Source: Thelocarpon superellum (taxonomy: Eukaryota). From it: a stretch of 48,853 bases of DNA. The stretch spans positions 1 to 48,853 of the forward strand of contig JAPEUG010000098.1 in assembly GCA_026025795.1 (NCBI GenBank). The letters run 5' to 3'. Below, one piece after another: positions 33,879 to 46,971 of this stretch (positions are counted from its first letter, which is position 1; each line of letters begins with the position of its first letter). The notes beneath the pieces are model-generated. The model made no database searches. It had not been told where the DNA came from and saw only the letters and a list, made by a program, of their open reading frames with translations. Both the position numbers and the translations under genes were made by a program.

Positions 33879-35331
33879 ATGACCGACGACGAAGTTGCCA
33901 CCAAGGCCCCAGAGAGTGACGCGGCGCAAGAGAGCATCATCCCAGGCGATACCCCTGCGCAACAAGGAGCGAGCATGGGCGTAAGCGTGAACCAGGACTG
34001 CCCGTGGTCCTGGGCCGGCCGCTGATGATGGTGCTGTAGGATCATTGCGTGACCGATCGACCTGCACGTATGTCCCTACGTCGCCATGCTTGCGCACCCA
34101 GGATACGGGTCTAACGAGCACCGCAGCGGCCGGCGCCCAACCAACAGGAGTAGGTGCCCCTACTATCCAGTCCTGCACCCGCTCACCCGCTCACCCGCTC
34201 CAGGAGATTCGAAAGCTGGCCGATGTCGATGTGAGTCCTCATCTGCATTGGACCCCGGAGTAGGGCCTCCCCGGAGTGGAGGTTGACCGAAACGCGCTCC
34301 TGCAGGTGTACATTACCAAACCAAGCGACTACCCCCATGCTCCTTCGCGTCTGCTGCTCTTCCTCACCAACGGCACCGGCATCCACTCCATCAACAACCA
34401 GCTGCAAGCCGATCAGTATGCTCGCGAAGGATACCTGGTCGTCATGCCGGATTTGTCAGTGGTCAAGCCAATGCTGCGGCCAGTGTTCCATCGCTGACCG
34501 TGCATGAAGATTTCGAGGCGACGCCGCGCCCAATTCCACCCACACCGCCACCACCGACGAGAGTGATCCCTCCCTGATCGAGCAGGTCAAGCTCCGCGCG
34601 GCCGAGACAGCCAAGTCATTCATGCTCGACATGTGGCTGGCCCGCCACACCCCGACAAGCGTCATGCCCGTCTTGCACAAGGTCATCGAAGGGACCCAAG
34701 ACGAGTTCGCCGACGCCATCGCCAATGGTGGGGGAATCTACGCCGTCGGCTACTGCTTCGGCGGGAAGTACGTCTTGCTCTTGGCCGGAGAACATCCTGC
34801 GACCGTCATGTGGGGACAAAAGCCGACGGACGAAGAAGCGGGAATGGTCACCAAGGGTCCGATCATCAAGGTTGGGGCGGTGGCACACGGTATGCCATCA
34901 CTCGGATGGGCCACCCGGGTCACCTCATCTAGGGAAATCCTGACATGAACTAGGGACCCTAGTCACGGCCCACGACCTCGCCCTGGTGCAGGTGCCCGTG
35001 TCCTTGGTCTGCGTCGGTACGTCCTCTGGCGAGTCGCTCTCGTGGAGAGCTTGGTGACCTGATCTACGATGCAGAGAACGACCAGCTGTTCCCGGATGAG
35101 GTCCTCCAGGAAGGCCGAAAGGAACTCGAGAGTAAAAAGGTCGAACATGAAGTGCACGTCTACTCCGGAGTGCCGCACGGTTCGTCGTCCATACTGTCGC
35201 ATCCTTCGGTCGTCCATGCTGACCACCGGTGGGTAGGCTTCGCGGTGACCGGGGAGTATGCCGATGCGAAGATTGCGCAGTCGCAGAAGGAGGCCTACGA
35301 TCAAATGCTGGCCTGGCTGCAAAGTCATTGA
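33879..35331 (+). CDS. Dienelactone hydrolase family protein
   Basis: Nucleophile GYCFGG, QLQADQYAREGYLVVMPDL, ENDQLF, and YSGVPH|GFA. About 8 introns, including three exons under 30 nt at the 5' end. Confidence 0.88.
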
Positions 35332-35701
35332 CGCGACCCACGGCCAACCAGCCAGGGGGGTTCCTTGTAATCGGCCATGTCGTATCGGCAGTGGAATGAG
35401 TAGCGAAGGCGCGGGCGTACCTTTCTGTAGTGACACCATCAGTGACACATAACTGGTGGGGTGTCTGGTATGAACGGGTGTTTGGTATGGCGGGGTGGTG
35501 CAGTTGGCACCGGTGCCCGCCGGTGCCCGCCGGTGCAGCTCGCGTGGGCAAAGCCTGGACATGGATGTCAACCCACAATGCCGGAATCGCGGCGGCGAGT
35601 AAGTGGCAGAGGAAACAATATTTCCTGTGCCCGCCACGTCGAGACCCACGACCTTGACATAGTTCTTTTCCGGTCCAAGCAGGACCGGAAGCTCGCCAGA
35701 C

Positions 35702-38359
35702 ATGGCCTGTCCTCACGTTGATGTTCAAGGCAAGGACCAAAGTCGCTAGGTGTTGGTGCTGGCTGACCGCCGTCGTAGAGCTTCGCCCTCCACGACCGGA
35801 CCAATCGGTCCATCGAGAAGACTGTACCCAGTGTTTTGACTCAGCGGTACGTCTACTCCACGGTCGAGTGCGGGGCATGTTGCGCAAGCTAGATCGCCCG
35901 GCTCCGCCACCCTCGCTGACCCGACTGGGAGGTAGGATGATCCGACCGGGTTGGATGTCTGTCTCTACTGCTTCAACGGCGGCTGTACCGGTGACCGGAA
36001 GCACGGTCGCCTCCACTACGAGACCTCTCTCCACCCGCTCGCTCTCAACATCCGACGGACCCGGAAGAAGGTGCAGGTGGGTCGAGCGCGCCCTGCAGCC
36101 GACCCCTTACCCACGGCTAATCCGCCGTGACACGCAGCGAGACGAGCCTCCTCAGAAGATCTCCAAGCTAGCCATCACCGCCGAGAGCGACGCCGACCGA
36201 TATGAGACCCAGATCCAGGTCAAGTGCTATGAATGCGGGGTGGACGAGGTGGACCGGACGCAGGGCCAGGTGGCAAACCCTTCTCCGAGTCGCAGACGCG
36301 GCTAACCTCGTGCCCGCAGCTCCCCGCCGTGGTCGACGGGATCACGACCGCCCTGACGTACGCGCGACAGCAAGAAGTGAAGGCATGGGAACAAGAGATC
36401 ACGCCGTGCGAGCATACGCTATGCTTGCAGCAGACGGCCGCGAGGCGCATCGAGCCCCAGGCCCTCGGACACTGTTCGATGTGCGAGCTCAAGGAGAACC
36501 TGTGGCTCTGCCTTGAATGTGGCAACCTCGGGTGTGGCCGTCAGCAGATGGGCGGCATCGCCGGAAACTCCCATGGCTTGGCCCACGCCACCGAGTCGAG
36601 CCATTCCGTCGCCGTCAAGCTAGGCTCCCTGACCCCCGAAGGCACGGCTGATTTGTACTGCTACGCGTGTAACGAAGAGCGGACGGACCCGGAATTGGTC
36701 GCACATCTGGCCCATTGGGGCATCAACCTCGCAGAGCGAGAAAAGACGGAGAAGAGCTTGACCGAGCTGCAGATTGAGCAAAATCTCCGCTGGGAGTTTT
36801 CCATGACGACCGAGGACGGCACAGAACTGACGCCGCTGTTCGGCCCGGGTTTCACGGGGCTTAAGAACCTGGGAAACAGCTGCTATCTGGCCAGCATTCT
36901 TCAATGTCTCTTCTCCTTGGACATCTTCGCCCAGCGCTACTTTCACCCCAACAGCCCGCCACCCGCCGCTCCGCAGCCGGCGGAAGATCTGGAGACGCAG
37001 TTGCGGAAGATGGCGGATGGGCTGCTGTCGGGTCGCTACGCCGTACCTGACGGCGACGTCACGGTATCTGAGAATTCGCCCGAGGTGCCTCACCAGAAAG
37101 GCCTCGCGCCGGCGATGTTGAAACACCTCATTGGCCGGGGTCATGAGGAGTTTTCCACGATGCGGCAGCAGGATGCCTTTGAATTGCTACTCCATCTCTT
37201 CAAGCTCATTACTCGCTCGCGTCATGACGCGCCACTGCACGACCCCACCACCGCCTTCCGCTTCGTGCTTGAGCAACGGCTGCAATGCCTGCGTTGTAAG
37301 CGCGTGAGCTATCGGAGCGACGAGCAAGACAATCTCGCTGTGGCAGTGCCGGCCCGACGAGTGGCGAAAGATGGAGTGTCACCGGGTCAAGAGGATGAAT
37401 TTACGCCCATTTCGCTCAAGGAATGCCTGGACATCTTCACGGGCAAGGAGGTGGTGGAGCTTTCATGCGCCGTCTGTGGCAGCAAGGATGGCTTCTCCAA
37501 GCAGTCCCTCTTCAAGACCTTTCCTGAGGTGCTGGCCATCAACGCGCGTCGCTTTGAGATTGTCAACTGGGTGCCGACGAAGCTCAACGTGCCGGTCGTG
37601 GTTGGGGACGCGCCGTTTGACCTCGATGCGTACAAATCCCCCGGCTTGCAACCCAGTGAGGAATTACTGCCCGAAGAGGCCACCACGGTCCGCGCCAAGG
37701 TGACATTCGCGCCGGATGCCGCAGCCATGGCGCAGCTGGAAGGGATGGGATTTCCCAAGGCGCGCGCGGAGAAGGCGCTGCTCGCGACGGGCAACGTGGA
37801 CGCCGAGGCCGCGATGAACTGGCTCTTTGCGCATATGGAGGATCCAGATATCGATGAGCCGATTGATCTGGCGACCGGCACCTTGGGAGGGACCGCGGCA
37901 GATCCTGAGAAGATTGAGATGCTGGGGGCCATGGGCTTTGGTCCCGGCCCAGCTCAGAAGGCGCTCAAGGAGACTAGTGGAGATGTGGAACGGGCGGTGG
38001 AGTGGCTCTTCAGTCACCCGGACGATCAGGGAGACAACTCGACGGACGCGGATCCCAACAATGGCTCCACGGCCAAGGAGCTACCGGGGAGCACATCCCT
38101 CCCAGCGCGCTTCCAGCTTCATGCCATTGTCTGTCACAAGGGCGGGTCCATCCACGCGGGGTAGGTCCCTTTATCTGCTGTATCGAAGATTCCTGCTGAC
38201 GCGGGCTGACATAGGCACTACGTGGCATTCATTCGAAAGATTCTCGACGGCGGAAATGACAAGGCCTGGGTTTTGTTCAACGACGAAAAGGTCGTTCGCG
38301 CGGCGGATGCCGAGGAAATGAAGAAATTCGCCTACGTCTACTTCTTCCGACGATTGTGA
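35702..38359 (+). CDS. UBP14: Ubiquitin-specific protease Ubp14 (USP5/13 family)
   Basis: MACPH..REDCTQCFDS N-terminal zinc finger, zf-UBP (LWLCLECGNLGCGR), Cys box GLKNLGNSCY, QQDAFE, two UBA domains, and His box CHKG..AG|HYVAF..FNDEKV. Confidence 0.96.
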
Positions 38360-39154
38360 TGGCACATGGCATGGGTCGGTGGCATTCGTACAATCAGCAT
38401 AGCATGGACGAGATTGTGATGACAGTAGGAAACGATGATGAAGCCGCAGCGAATACCAAGGCAGGGAGGCATTCTCCACCGAGATGAAATGCTGGAGGGT
38501 AGAAAACATCAGTTGCTCAAGGGAAGAAGCTCAAGAGGCTGCAGTGACCTTTTCAAATCGGTATCATAGGTACAGAGTCAGTATAGGCACGCTAAGTTGA
38601 TCGTCGAATGTCGCGGCTCCCTAGCCCCCGTCTCTATCTCCAGCTTGTTACTATATTCTCGAGATCATCTATCCTGAGAGGGAGAGTTGCGGGGCCTGGG
38701 AGCCACGACGTTCGGCGACAGACTTAGCTCCTGCCATACGAATACGAGTGGACACACTAACTTAATCGTCGACCGTAGCAGCGCCCAGGCGTCCGTCTTT
38801 ACCATCCCTTCACTTACACATCTTTGATATCGTCTCTCGAGGCGCCCCGCGTCATATCAGTGCTCGAACTATCTCGGCAGTCTATGACGTCAAACTCACG
38901 TGACCTTCATACGCAATCTTTCGGCACTGGCCATCGCTGATTGGCCGGTACGATTTAGCGTGCATCGACAATTCCAGAGGAACCGAACGACCTCATCGAT
39001 CAAGTAGACCTTTGTTAGGGCTCCTGTCCTCTCATCTACCCGCATCAACATCCGCCACACCATCTCCATCACGCCCATCAATCCACCGCGGTGCACATCG
39101 ACGTCGAATCCATCCTCCATATCCAACTTCACACCCGCAATCGCCCCCATCACC

Positions 39155-39862
39155 ATGATGCGAAGAGTCGCCACGACGGCGCCGCGAACCGTCGGCCGAC
39201 TGATGTCGCCTTCTTCCCCCGCCATTCGCAGCCCCACCATCCTCCGCTCCTCCAACCCATCTGCCGCGACCGGCGGTGCCACGCTCAGCATCTCCGCCCG
39301 ACGATCCTACCACGAAAAAGTCCTCGACCACTACAACTCCCCCCGCAACGTCGGGTCGATGGCGAAGACGGACATGGACGTGGGCACGGGTCTCGTGGGC
39401 GCCCCGGCCTGCGGCGACGTCATGAAGCTCCAGATCCGCGTCGACGCCGACAGCAACACCATCAGCGACGTCAAGTTCAAGACGTTCGGCTGTGGCTCCG
39501 CCATCGCGAGCAGCTCATACCTCACCGAGTTGGTGCGCGGGATGACGCTTGAAGATGCGGGCAAGATCCGAAATACGGAAATTGCAAAGGAGTTGTGTCT
39601 TCCGCCGGTCAAACGTGAGTTGTCTTCTTGCTCTGCTCTGCTCTCCTCTCCTCTCATCGCAACTTGGATGGAAAAACTAACGTCGTCCTGGACAGTACAT
39701 TGTTCGATGCTGGCCGAAGACGCAATCAAGTCCGCTATCTCGAATTACTACACGAAGAACCCGCAGGCGAAGAGTACGAATCTCACGGGCACCGAGTCGT
39801 CCCTGTCGGCCCTGCAGGGCGAGTCTGCTACTGCTCCTGCAGCGGCTGCGTCTTCTGCTTGA
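39155..39862 (+). CDS. ISU1: Mitochondrial Fe-S scaffold protein IscU/Isu1
   Basis: YHEKVLDHY, GAPACGDVMKLQI, FKTFGCGSAIASSS, LPPVK|LHCSMLAEDAI. An 81-nt in-frame intron lies at 39615-39695. Confidence 0.97.
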   Translation: MMRRVATTAPRTVGRLMSPSSPAIRSPTILRSSNPSAATGGATLSISARRSYHEKVLDHYNSPRNVGSMAKTDMDVGTGLVGAPACGDVMKLQIRVDADSNTISDVKFKTFGCGSAIASSSYLTELVRGMTLEDAGKIRNTEIAKELCLPPVKRELSSCSALLSSPLIATWMEKLTSSWTVHCSMLAEDAIKSAISNYYTKNPQAKSTNLTGTESSLSALQGESATAPAAAASSA

Positions 39863-40134
39863 GTTCATCCGTCCAAGTGTGCTTGAGGGACGAAGGACGG
39901 GGATGACGGTCGGCGTCGGCGGCCAGACCAAGTGACGCGCAGGGGAGGGGAAGAGAGAAAGGAAAGAAGGAGCCAAGGATGGGTGGAGTTTACCAGGCGT
40001 CTGGCTTCTTTCTTTCCGTCTTTCCGTCTTTTTGTGGGTCGTATTTGGCACTATCGCGAACCGTGAGCTTTGAACAACGGGGATACAAGTTGAGATATTG
40101 CGACCCTGTGTCGTATCTCGTGATACAATTCGTG

Positions 40135-42039
40135 CTAAAAACCAGCCATCATATCCTCATCCACGTCGTTCTCGCCGTCTCCACTCCCACCTCCTGCCCA
40201 TGTATGCGCATATGCGGAGACCATCTCGTCCTTGTCGTCCCAATCCACGTCCATGGCATCCGCCCCTGCCCCTCCCCCTCCCAATCCTGCTCCAACCCCG
40301 CTTCCGCCTCCACCTCCGTCCGCGCCTTTTGACCCAGCACCACCGGCGGCAGCAGCAGCAGCAAATCGCTTCTGGCGCTGCAAGTGGGCGATGTAATCGC
40401 GACTGAGTCCGATTTTGCGGTCCATATGCCGCGTCTGTGTGGTGAGGGCTATGGTGCGTGCGATTTGGCCTTCGATCTCGGCCATTTGTCGCGCTTCGTC
40501 TTGCACACTGGCATTGCTGCTGCTCTCGGGGTGGAAGTGAATCGTGCTTGATTGGGTGTCTGGAGTTGCTGTGTTGGTGGTGAGCGGGAGGTGGGAAATG
40601 CTCGCGTCTAGCTCGCCCCGCGCGATCATCCCAAGTATCTGATCTTCGGTCGTGGCCTCTGTCTCGGGTGTGATGGAGATGTTGTGGCCTTGACCCTGTG
40701 ACGACAGCTGCCGGCGACATATCTCCCTCGTCGATAGAGTAGTGTACGTGTTCTCCAAGTTGCGGATGCGGAATCTCTCGTTGGCTTGTAGCACCAACAA
40801 TAACAAGCCCGTGTTGTTATCCTGCAACCCATTAATTGTGCGTACCGCCAGAGGCGTCATGCGCCATCACTCACAATCCGCCATATGTCTCGTCCAACCT
40901 CAAATTCCTCTCGTAATGACTCTGCTGTGCCAGTCCGGAAGATTCCCGCGATGCTATCGTATGGCTTCGCCAGGATGTGGCACACTCTTCCCGCATGGAT
41001 ATTGGTCGGTCGTGGTAAGGGTCCCACCTATCTCACTCATTAGATCCAGAACCCGACCAGACCGTCATGACTCACATGTCCCTGGTGGATCAACGAGACT
41101 AACACCCATTTCTTGTACGCCTCCACCATGATCGTGCTCGCCGTGTTGTTGGTCGGCGTCGAGATGACGAGCTCTAGAAATTCCAATGCACGCTCATACT
41201 TTTTGAGCCCCATGTACACCATGGCGCCGAGTAGGTGGTATTCGAGGTGATCGGTGTAGTGAAGAGTGGCCGATAGACCCGATGATACGGTGATGAAGGA
41301 CGAGCTCACTTGATCCGGACCGGACGCTGATGCATTGTGCTGGGTGGAGGGAAAGTCGAGGATGTCTCGGTCAAGTACCGGGAGGGCCGCACGGTAGGTT
41401 TTGGCCTCCAAACAGAGTCGAACGAAAAGGAGGTGATTGGAGGTGAGGGTGGCCGAGGTTGGGTCCAGACGCAGGATGGCATGGCGGATGGGGTGCACCG
41501 CCAGGAGAGGCTACCCAGGTCAGTCCATCCCTTGTGCATCGTCCATCGTGCATCGGGTCCAACGCCTACCTTCCCAGCGGATCGCGCCGCGCTGGCTACC
41601 AGCTCCACCAATCTCCTCCACTCCGTCCCCGCGTACCGAACCTGGCGAGAGTCGAAGCGCTGGAGAAAGTCGACCACCTTTTCCCAATAAGGCGCGATAG
41701 GATCATTCCACAACAGCTTGCTTGACCCATGATTACCTTTTCCCTGTTTGTCGATGGCGGCTTGGATGTGTGCCAGCAAGGAGTACAAGTAAGGAAGGGA
41801 GTTGACGGAGGGATCCAAGATCTATGGGCATCAATGAGATTCTCCTTTACTGGAGACAGGTCACGCACTTCCAGAAGATCATCACCCCCCTGCACTTCTC
41901 TGACCAACAGATTCGCAGGAGTCCTGTTCAGGGTTTGCAGCAGACTTCGAACTTGAGTGTCGTACTGTCCATCCGAGAGTGGCTGTGCCGGTGGGGGATG
42001 CGGAGGAAAGGAGAGGAGTTGAGGCAGAAGATTGTCCAT
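40135..42039 (-). CDS. CSN3: COP9 signalosome subunit 3
   Basis: DPSVNSLPYL, FDSRQVRYAG, AILRLDP..LTSNH, GAMVYMGLKKYERAL, IMVEAYKKWVLVSLI, DNNTGL, and PCI-like IRNLENTYTTLS..MIARGELDASI; four introns. Confidence 0.9.
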
Positions 42040-42667
42040 GGTGTCAGAGGTTCACCCTGTCATCAAACACGTCGCTTAACGTCGGATTGTGCAGGTGGAC
42101 CAGATGACCTGGATCACCTCTACGAGATCCGCACGACACCGGTTCGGTGAATGATGGAATTCATGCCGGGGATCAGGATCCGATGGGAGCAGGTGCTCAT
42201 CTAGTGCGCGAGAATTGCCCTAGCGTATTGGGGGATGTCGCGGTGGTGGTGGACGTGGAAATAGCAGCGGTGTTGGACAAACCAAGATATATTCCAGTAG
42301 CTGCACATCCAGCCGTCTACCAGGTGGACACTGGGATAGCGAGATGATGCATTAGTTACGTCTTGGAAGCGAAGACGCGCAGAGGCGAGGAGTGGCGTGG
42401 GTAACTGGAGCTCCAACATCAGATAAGATGCAAAAGATAACTGCAGGCCGCTCACCGAGTCGCTAAGTCGCTTTGCACTAGTCCTCCTTGTGTGCGTCTT
42501 AGGTTAAGGGTGGGGGGAATCAAGCTGTACGAGTACGACGCAGAAAGCACATTCCTCATCCCGTCTATCTCTTGGTTTCCTAATGAGCGTTGCGTGCGAA
42601 ATCTGCACAAGGCTTTTCGTTGATTCGACCATGTCATACAGGCTTCGAGCCGAAAACCCTTCTTGAA

Positions 42668-44152
42668 ATGGCCTTGACCGGTTCCGCTCCCTTCATCATT
42701 GCTCAGACTGCTTCGGCCGCTGCGCGCATCATCTCCGTGCTCTCAACGGAAGAGCGGAATGATGCGCTGACTGCGATTCATGCAGCATTGGCAGCGTCGA
42801 AAGATGTTATCCTACGAGCAAATACGCAAGACCTTGAGGCAGCAGGGGCGGCGGCAGAGAGAGGGGAGCTGAGTCAGAGCTTATTGAAAAGGTTGGATCT
42901 TGGGCGAAAGGGGAAATGGGAAGACATGCTCAAGGGAATCTTGGATGTACGAGAACTCAAGGACCCAGGTGAGACCCATACGTGACCAGGCACCAAACGT
43001 CTCTGACCGATGTAGTGGGCCAAGTCACGCTGCGGACTCAGCTGGATGATGGTCTCGAACTGGAGCGAGTCACCTGCCCGATTGGTGTTTTGCTGGTCAT
43101 CTTCGAGGCACGCCCCGAGGTCATTGCCAACATCACCTCGCTGGCAATCAAGTCGGGGAACGCGGCGATCTTAAAGGGTGGGTGCCACGAGCACAGTTAT
43201 TGTCATTCTCGACGCTAAGCGGGGTACCATGATAGGGGGGAGAGAATCCACGGAAACCTTCCATGCCATAGCAACGGTCATATCCAAAGCTCTTGACGAG
43301 TCCCGTGTCCCAAATGCATCGATTCAACTGGTCACCACACGGGACGACGTGTCGGAGCTCCTCAGCCTGGATAAATACATCGACCTTGTCATCCCCCGAG
43401 GCTCGAACCAACTCGTGCAATCGATCAAGAACCACACGCGCATCCCCGTGCTCGGGCACGCCGACGGCATCTGCTCCATCTACCTCCACGAGTCCGCGGA
43501 TCCCGCCACGGCCGCCAGAGTCATCATCGACGCCAAGACCGGCTACCCGGCGGCCTGCAACAGCATCGAGACGCTGCTGGTGGACGAAGCCATCCTCGCC
43601 ACCACCCTCGTTCCTGTCGCCGGCGCCCTCCTCGCCAGGGGTGTCCGCCTTCGCTGCGACGCGCCCAGCAAGAAACAGCTCTCGTCCGCCTTGGCGCCAA
43701 GCCAGAGTGTCCTCTTGCAAGACGCCACGGACGAAGACTACGCGACGGAATTTCTCGACCTGATCCTGGCCCTCAAAACCATCCCTGCTGCTTCCTCCCC
43801 CTCTAGCTCACCATCCGGCGTCGATGCAGCCATAGAGCACATCAACACCCACTCGTCGCACCACACCGACGCCATCGTCACGACGTCCGCGCCAACGGCG
43901 CGCCGGTTCCTCGCGGGTGTCGACAGCGCCGGCGTCTTCTGGAACACGAGCACGCGCATGGCGGACGGGATGCGCTTTGGTTTCGGCACGGAAGTCGGCA
44001 TCAGCACGAATAAAATCCACGCTCGTGGCCCCGTCGGTCTCGAGGGCCTCGTCATCTACAAGTATCTCGTTCGTGGCACGGGGCACGTCGCGGGAGATTA
44101 TTCCGAGGGAGAGGGTGGGAAGGCGTTTTTACACCGGCCGTTACCGCTTTAG
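42668..44152 (+). CDS. PRO2: Gamma-glutamyl phosphate reductase
   Basis: [88 protein letters not shown]. Confidence 0.96.
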
Positions 44153-44391
44153 ATAGGAGTTGATTCAGGCGACATTGTGGGTGTGTTGAATTCTTTGATT
44201 GGTTCGTAGCCCTAGCTATCATGGTTCCCGCCCCGGCCCTTCCCCGTGCAGTGAATCTTGCATTGACGCTGTAGCCTGGCACAATGGAACGGAGCGGAAC
44301 GGATGTGACTCTGCTTCCCAGCCTTTCTTCCGCCCACCAACCACCAACCCGACACGCACCACCTCTTCATCCACGGCTGCCTTGGCCCACA

Positions 44392-45178
44392 TCAGACCTT
44401 GAACCCTCGGCTCCGTCTACGTCCACGCGCGCGCTCGAACTTGCGTCCTTTGCTCTCGACGTAGGGTTTCTGTAATGACGGACGTCAGCATCAGTCTTGT
44501 TCTCTCCTCACCTCACCGGACATGTTTCACAACAGCCGTCGTACCTTGTGCTTATGGGGCCCCATGCCGAAATGCTTTACGGCCTCACGCGCGTTCTTCG
44601 GTCCTCGCAACAGGAGGGTGTTGGTGCCTGTTGGCGCACGCAACGCCAGCTGGTCCAGTGTCAGGCACTCTCCGCCGGCGGCCTCGATCCGGGCCCGGGC
44701 CGTGGCGGTGAAGCGCAATGCCGCAACGCTCAGCTTCGGCACCGTGAGGAGGCGGTTGTCATCCGTCACCGCGCCAATGATCACCACCGTCTTGCCGGCG
44801 TGGTGCTCGGCGCTCTGCTTGCTGGCGGACACGGAGACGATGCGGGAGAGCGATAGCGGCGGTCGGTTGATCCGCGACATGAACAGTCGGCGGAGAACGG
44901 TCTTGTTGAAGGCGGAGTCCGTGCGGCCTGGATAAAATGCTTTCCGTCAGTACTCGGCCTTCTTTGGAAGATGAACAAAGAGAAAGGGAGGGATGAATCC
45001 CGGGAGTAAGACGTACGGGCGAGAAACCGGTACAGCTTCACCAAGAGCTTGAGGTACACATTGTCGCTCTTGGGCGCCTTGCGGTGCGAGTTCTTCACAT
45101 GGTGGTGATCGAGATCGATACCTACACCGTCTCAATTAGACTCCATGAATCGTCGGGGATTCGCGCATACGTACCCAT
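44392..45178 (-). CDS. RPL18: 60S ribosomal protein L18 (eL18)
   Basis: [69 protein letters not shown]; three introns. Confidence 0.97.
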
Positions 45179-45671
45179 CTTGGCGGATGGTGGAGGAGAT
45201 GGATGTGCCGACGTCCCACACGAGGTCAACTACGAATTCAATCGTCTAGGAAATTCTTGGTTGACGTGATGGTGCGTGCTGACATAATCGCCGATAGGGT
45301 TGCGCCCGAAGCGACATCCCTAATCCCTGATCCCTCGACCCTCCGGACGCCGGGGCTGCTCCTCAGGTGTCGATTGTCGGTTGGTGACTCAAGAATTCCC
45401 AAAACATACGTAGTGACGATGATATGCACGGAAGAATCCTTGATTAGTCGCCGGATGATGGTTATTCCATCGTATGGTCATTCATCTATCATGCATCTGG
45501 GCGCCGGATACGCCCGCTCCGAAAGATGCCCGACTCCCATGTCGCACGGTTCCGAGTATATTACAAGAAGCGCCCTGAGACGCCACCCCAAGCCCGTTCC
45601 ACGCAGCGCCCCATGAAGAGTTGTGCAAGGGATGACGCGGCCGCCGCAAGGAGCGCGTCGATGCCGGCAAT

Positions 45672-46971
45672 CTAGTTGTCCACCTCCCCCAGGCCCAAGA
45701 TGAGATCCCTGGTGATCTCAAAGCTCAACCAGCTGCTGGCCATGCTGGGCGCCACTTTCAGGAGGTTAGGTACGATGCCCTTGTAGAGACCACGATAGCC
45801 CTCCTGCGTGACGATGCTCCGGATGGCGTCCCACAAGGACTTGTACTGGTAGCCCATGCCCGACATGGTGTTGATCTGAAATCGACGGCGCAGCACGTCA
45901 CTGGACGGGTCAGTCAACGAGCGCAGGTCTTGGGTCCGAGGCGCCTCACAATGGATACGTGCAGGTTTGTGCGACCGCACCCGAGATCGCTCCCGCCGCG
46001 AGCTTGCGCACGGCACTGGGATTCTTCTCGCCGTCTGGGGTCAAGTACTTGCGGATCGCTTCGTAGGTCATAAAGTTCATGCCGACCTATCGCGCGGTCA
46101 GCAAATCCTTCTGCACCGTCATGCCGTCGATGCGCAGGCTCACGTAAGGTGCCACGCCAGCCACGGTTGGGACGATGCCCCGATACAGTGCGCGGAAGCC
46201 GCCTTCGTTCAGATACATGGTTTTCATGGTCGACCACATGCCGGGAAGGTTTCGCCGCTGCGCCTCGCCCAGGGCGGCAAAGGAGGCCGATTGAATGGAC
46301 AAGCGCGTCCGCACGATATCGAGCGGGTAGGTGCAAACGACCGAGGTGATGCCCGCAGCACCACCGCAGAGCAGCCTTCGAACCGGCGTCATCTCTCCAG
46401 GGCTGATCTCGACAAACTAACGAGGCCGGTCAGTGTCCGGGGTACGGTCGCCATGTACCGCGCGGATCTCGTGACTTACGCGCTTGTAAAAGTTGTAGCT
46501 CCCAAACTGCACGGCAGAGTATGGGACGATGCGAACGCAGTTGGTGCCATTGCCCCGCATGAAGCCCCGCCAGCCCTCCTCACGCCACATCTTCATCAAG
46601 CCCTTGCCCACGGACAGCTTGTATTCTTCGCGACCGGCGCTTTGCACCTGAAACAAGATCTTCAGGCGTTCCAGTGGCGACACGACGGTGCGGGACACGG
46701 CGCCTGCCACCCCACCAGCGAGGAAGGCGGCAAAGACGGGTTGCGAGACCGTTTGCCGGACACGATGGACAAAGGTCGGAGGTGGCGGTTCGAGAGGCTT
46801 TGCCTGCGTTAGCTGAACGTCTCGTCATCGAAGCATGCCACCGCCACTCACCTGCGACGTGTATGCCTCAGCACCGGTGGCAAGTGGTGGAACGCGCGGG
46901 AGGGAGGTGGTGGGTTCCGCCGCTGCGGCAGGCTGTGCGGACGCCGACGGCGGTTTTCCTTGGAGACTCAT
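45672..46971 (-). CDS. Mitochondrial carrier (SLC25), YPR011C/SLC25A42-like
   Basis: Three PX(D/E)XX(K/R) repeats (SPLERLK, YPLDIVR, YP.DVLRRR), [18 protein letters not shown], and [15 protein letters not shown]; several introns. Confidence 0.92.

Noticed and set aside
22114..36034. Long antisense ORFs (22114-23220, 31160-32461, 34925-36034)
   Set aside because: Shadows of GC3-biased genes on the opposite strand, with no domain signal.
6690..39695. Several stop-free in-frame introns (helicase 6690-6758, OST3 24652-24708, DBP3 28034-28114, ISU1 39615-39695) that look like protein insertions or inteins
   Set aside because: All have GT-AG ends, and their removal restores conserved motifs. Short GC-rich 3n introns often lack stops by chance.
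45296..45341. CCCT(A/G)-type repeats upstream of RPL18 resembling ribosomal-protein promoter elements
   Set aside because: Degenerate and short; indistinguishable from chance without comparing other ribosomal-protein promoters.
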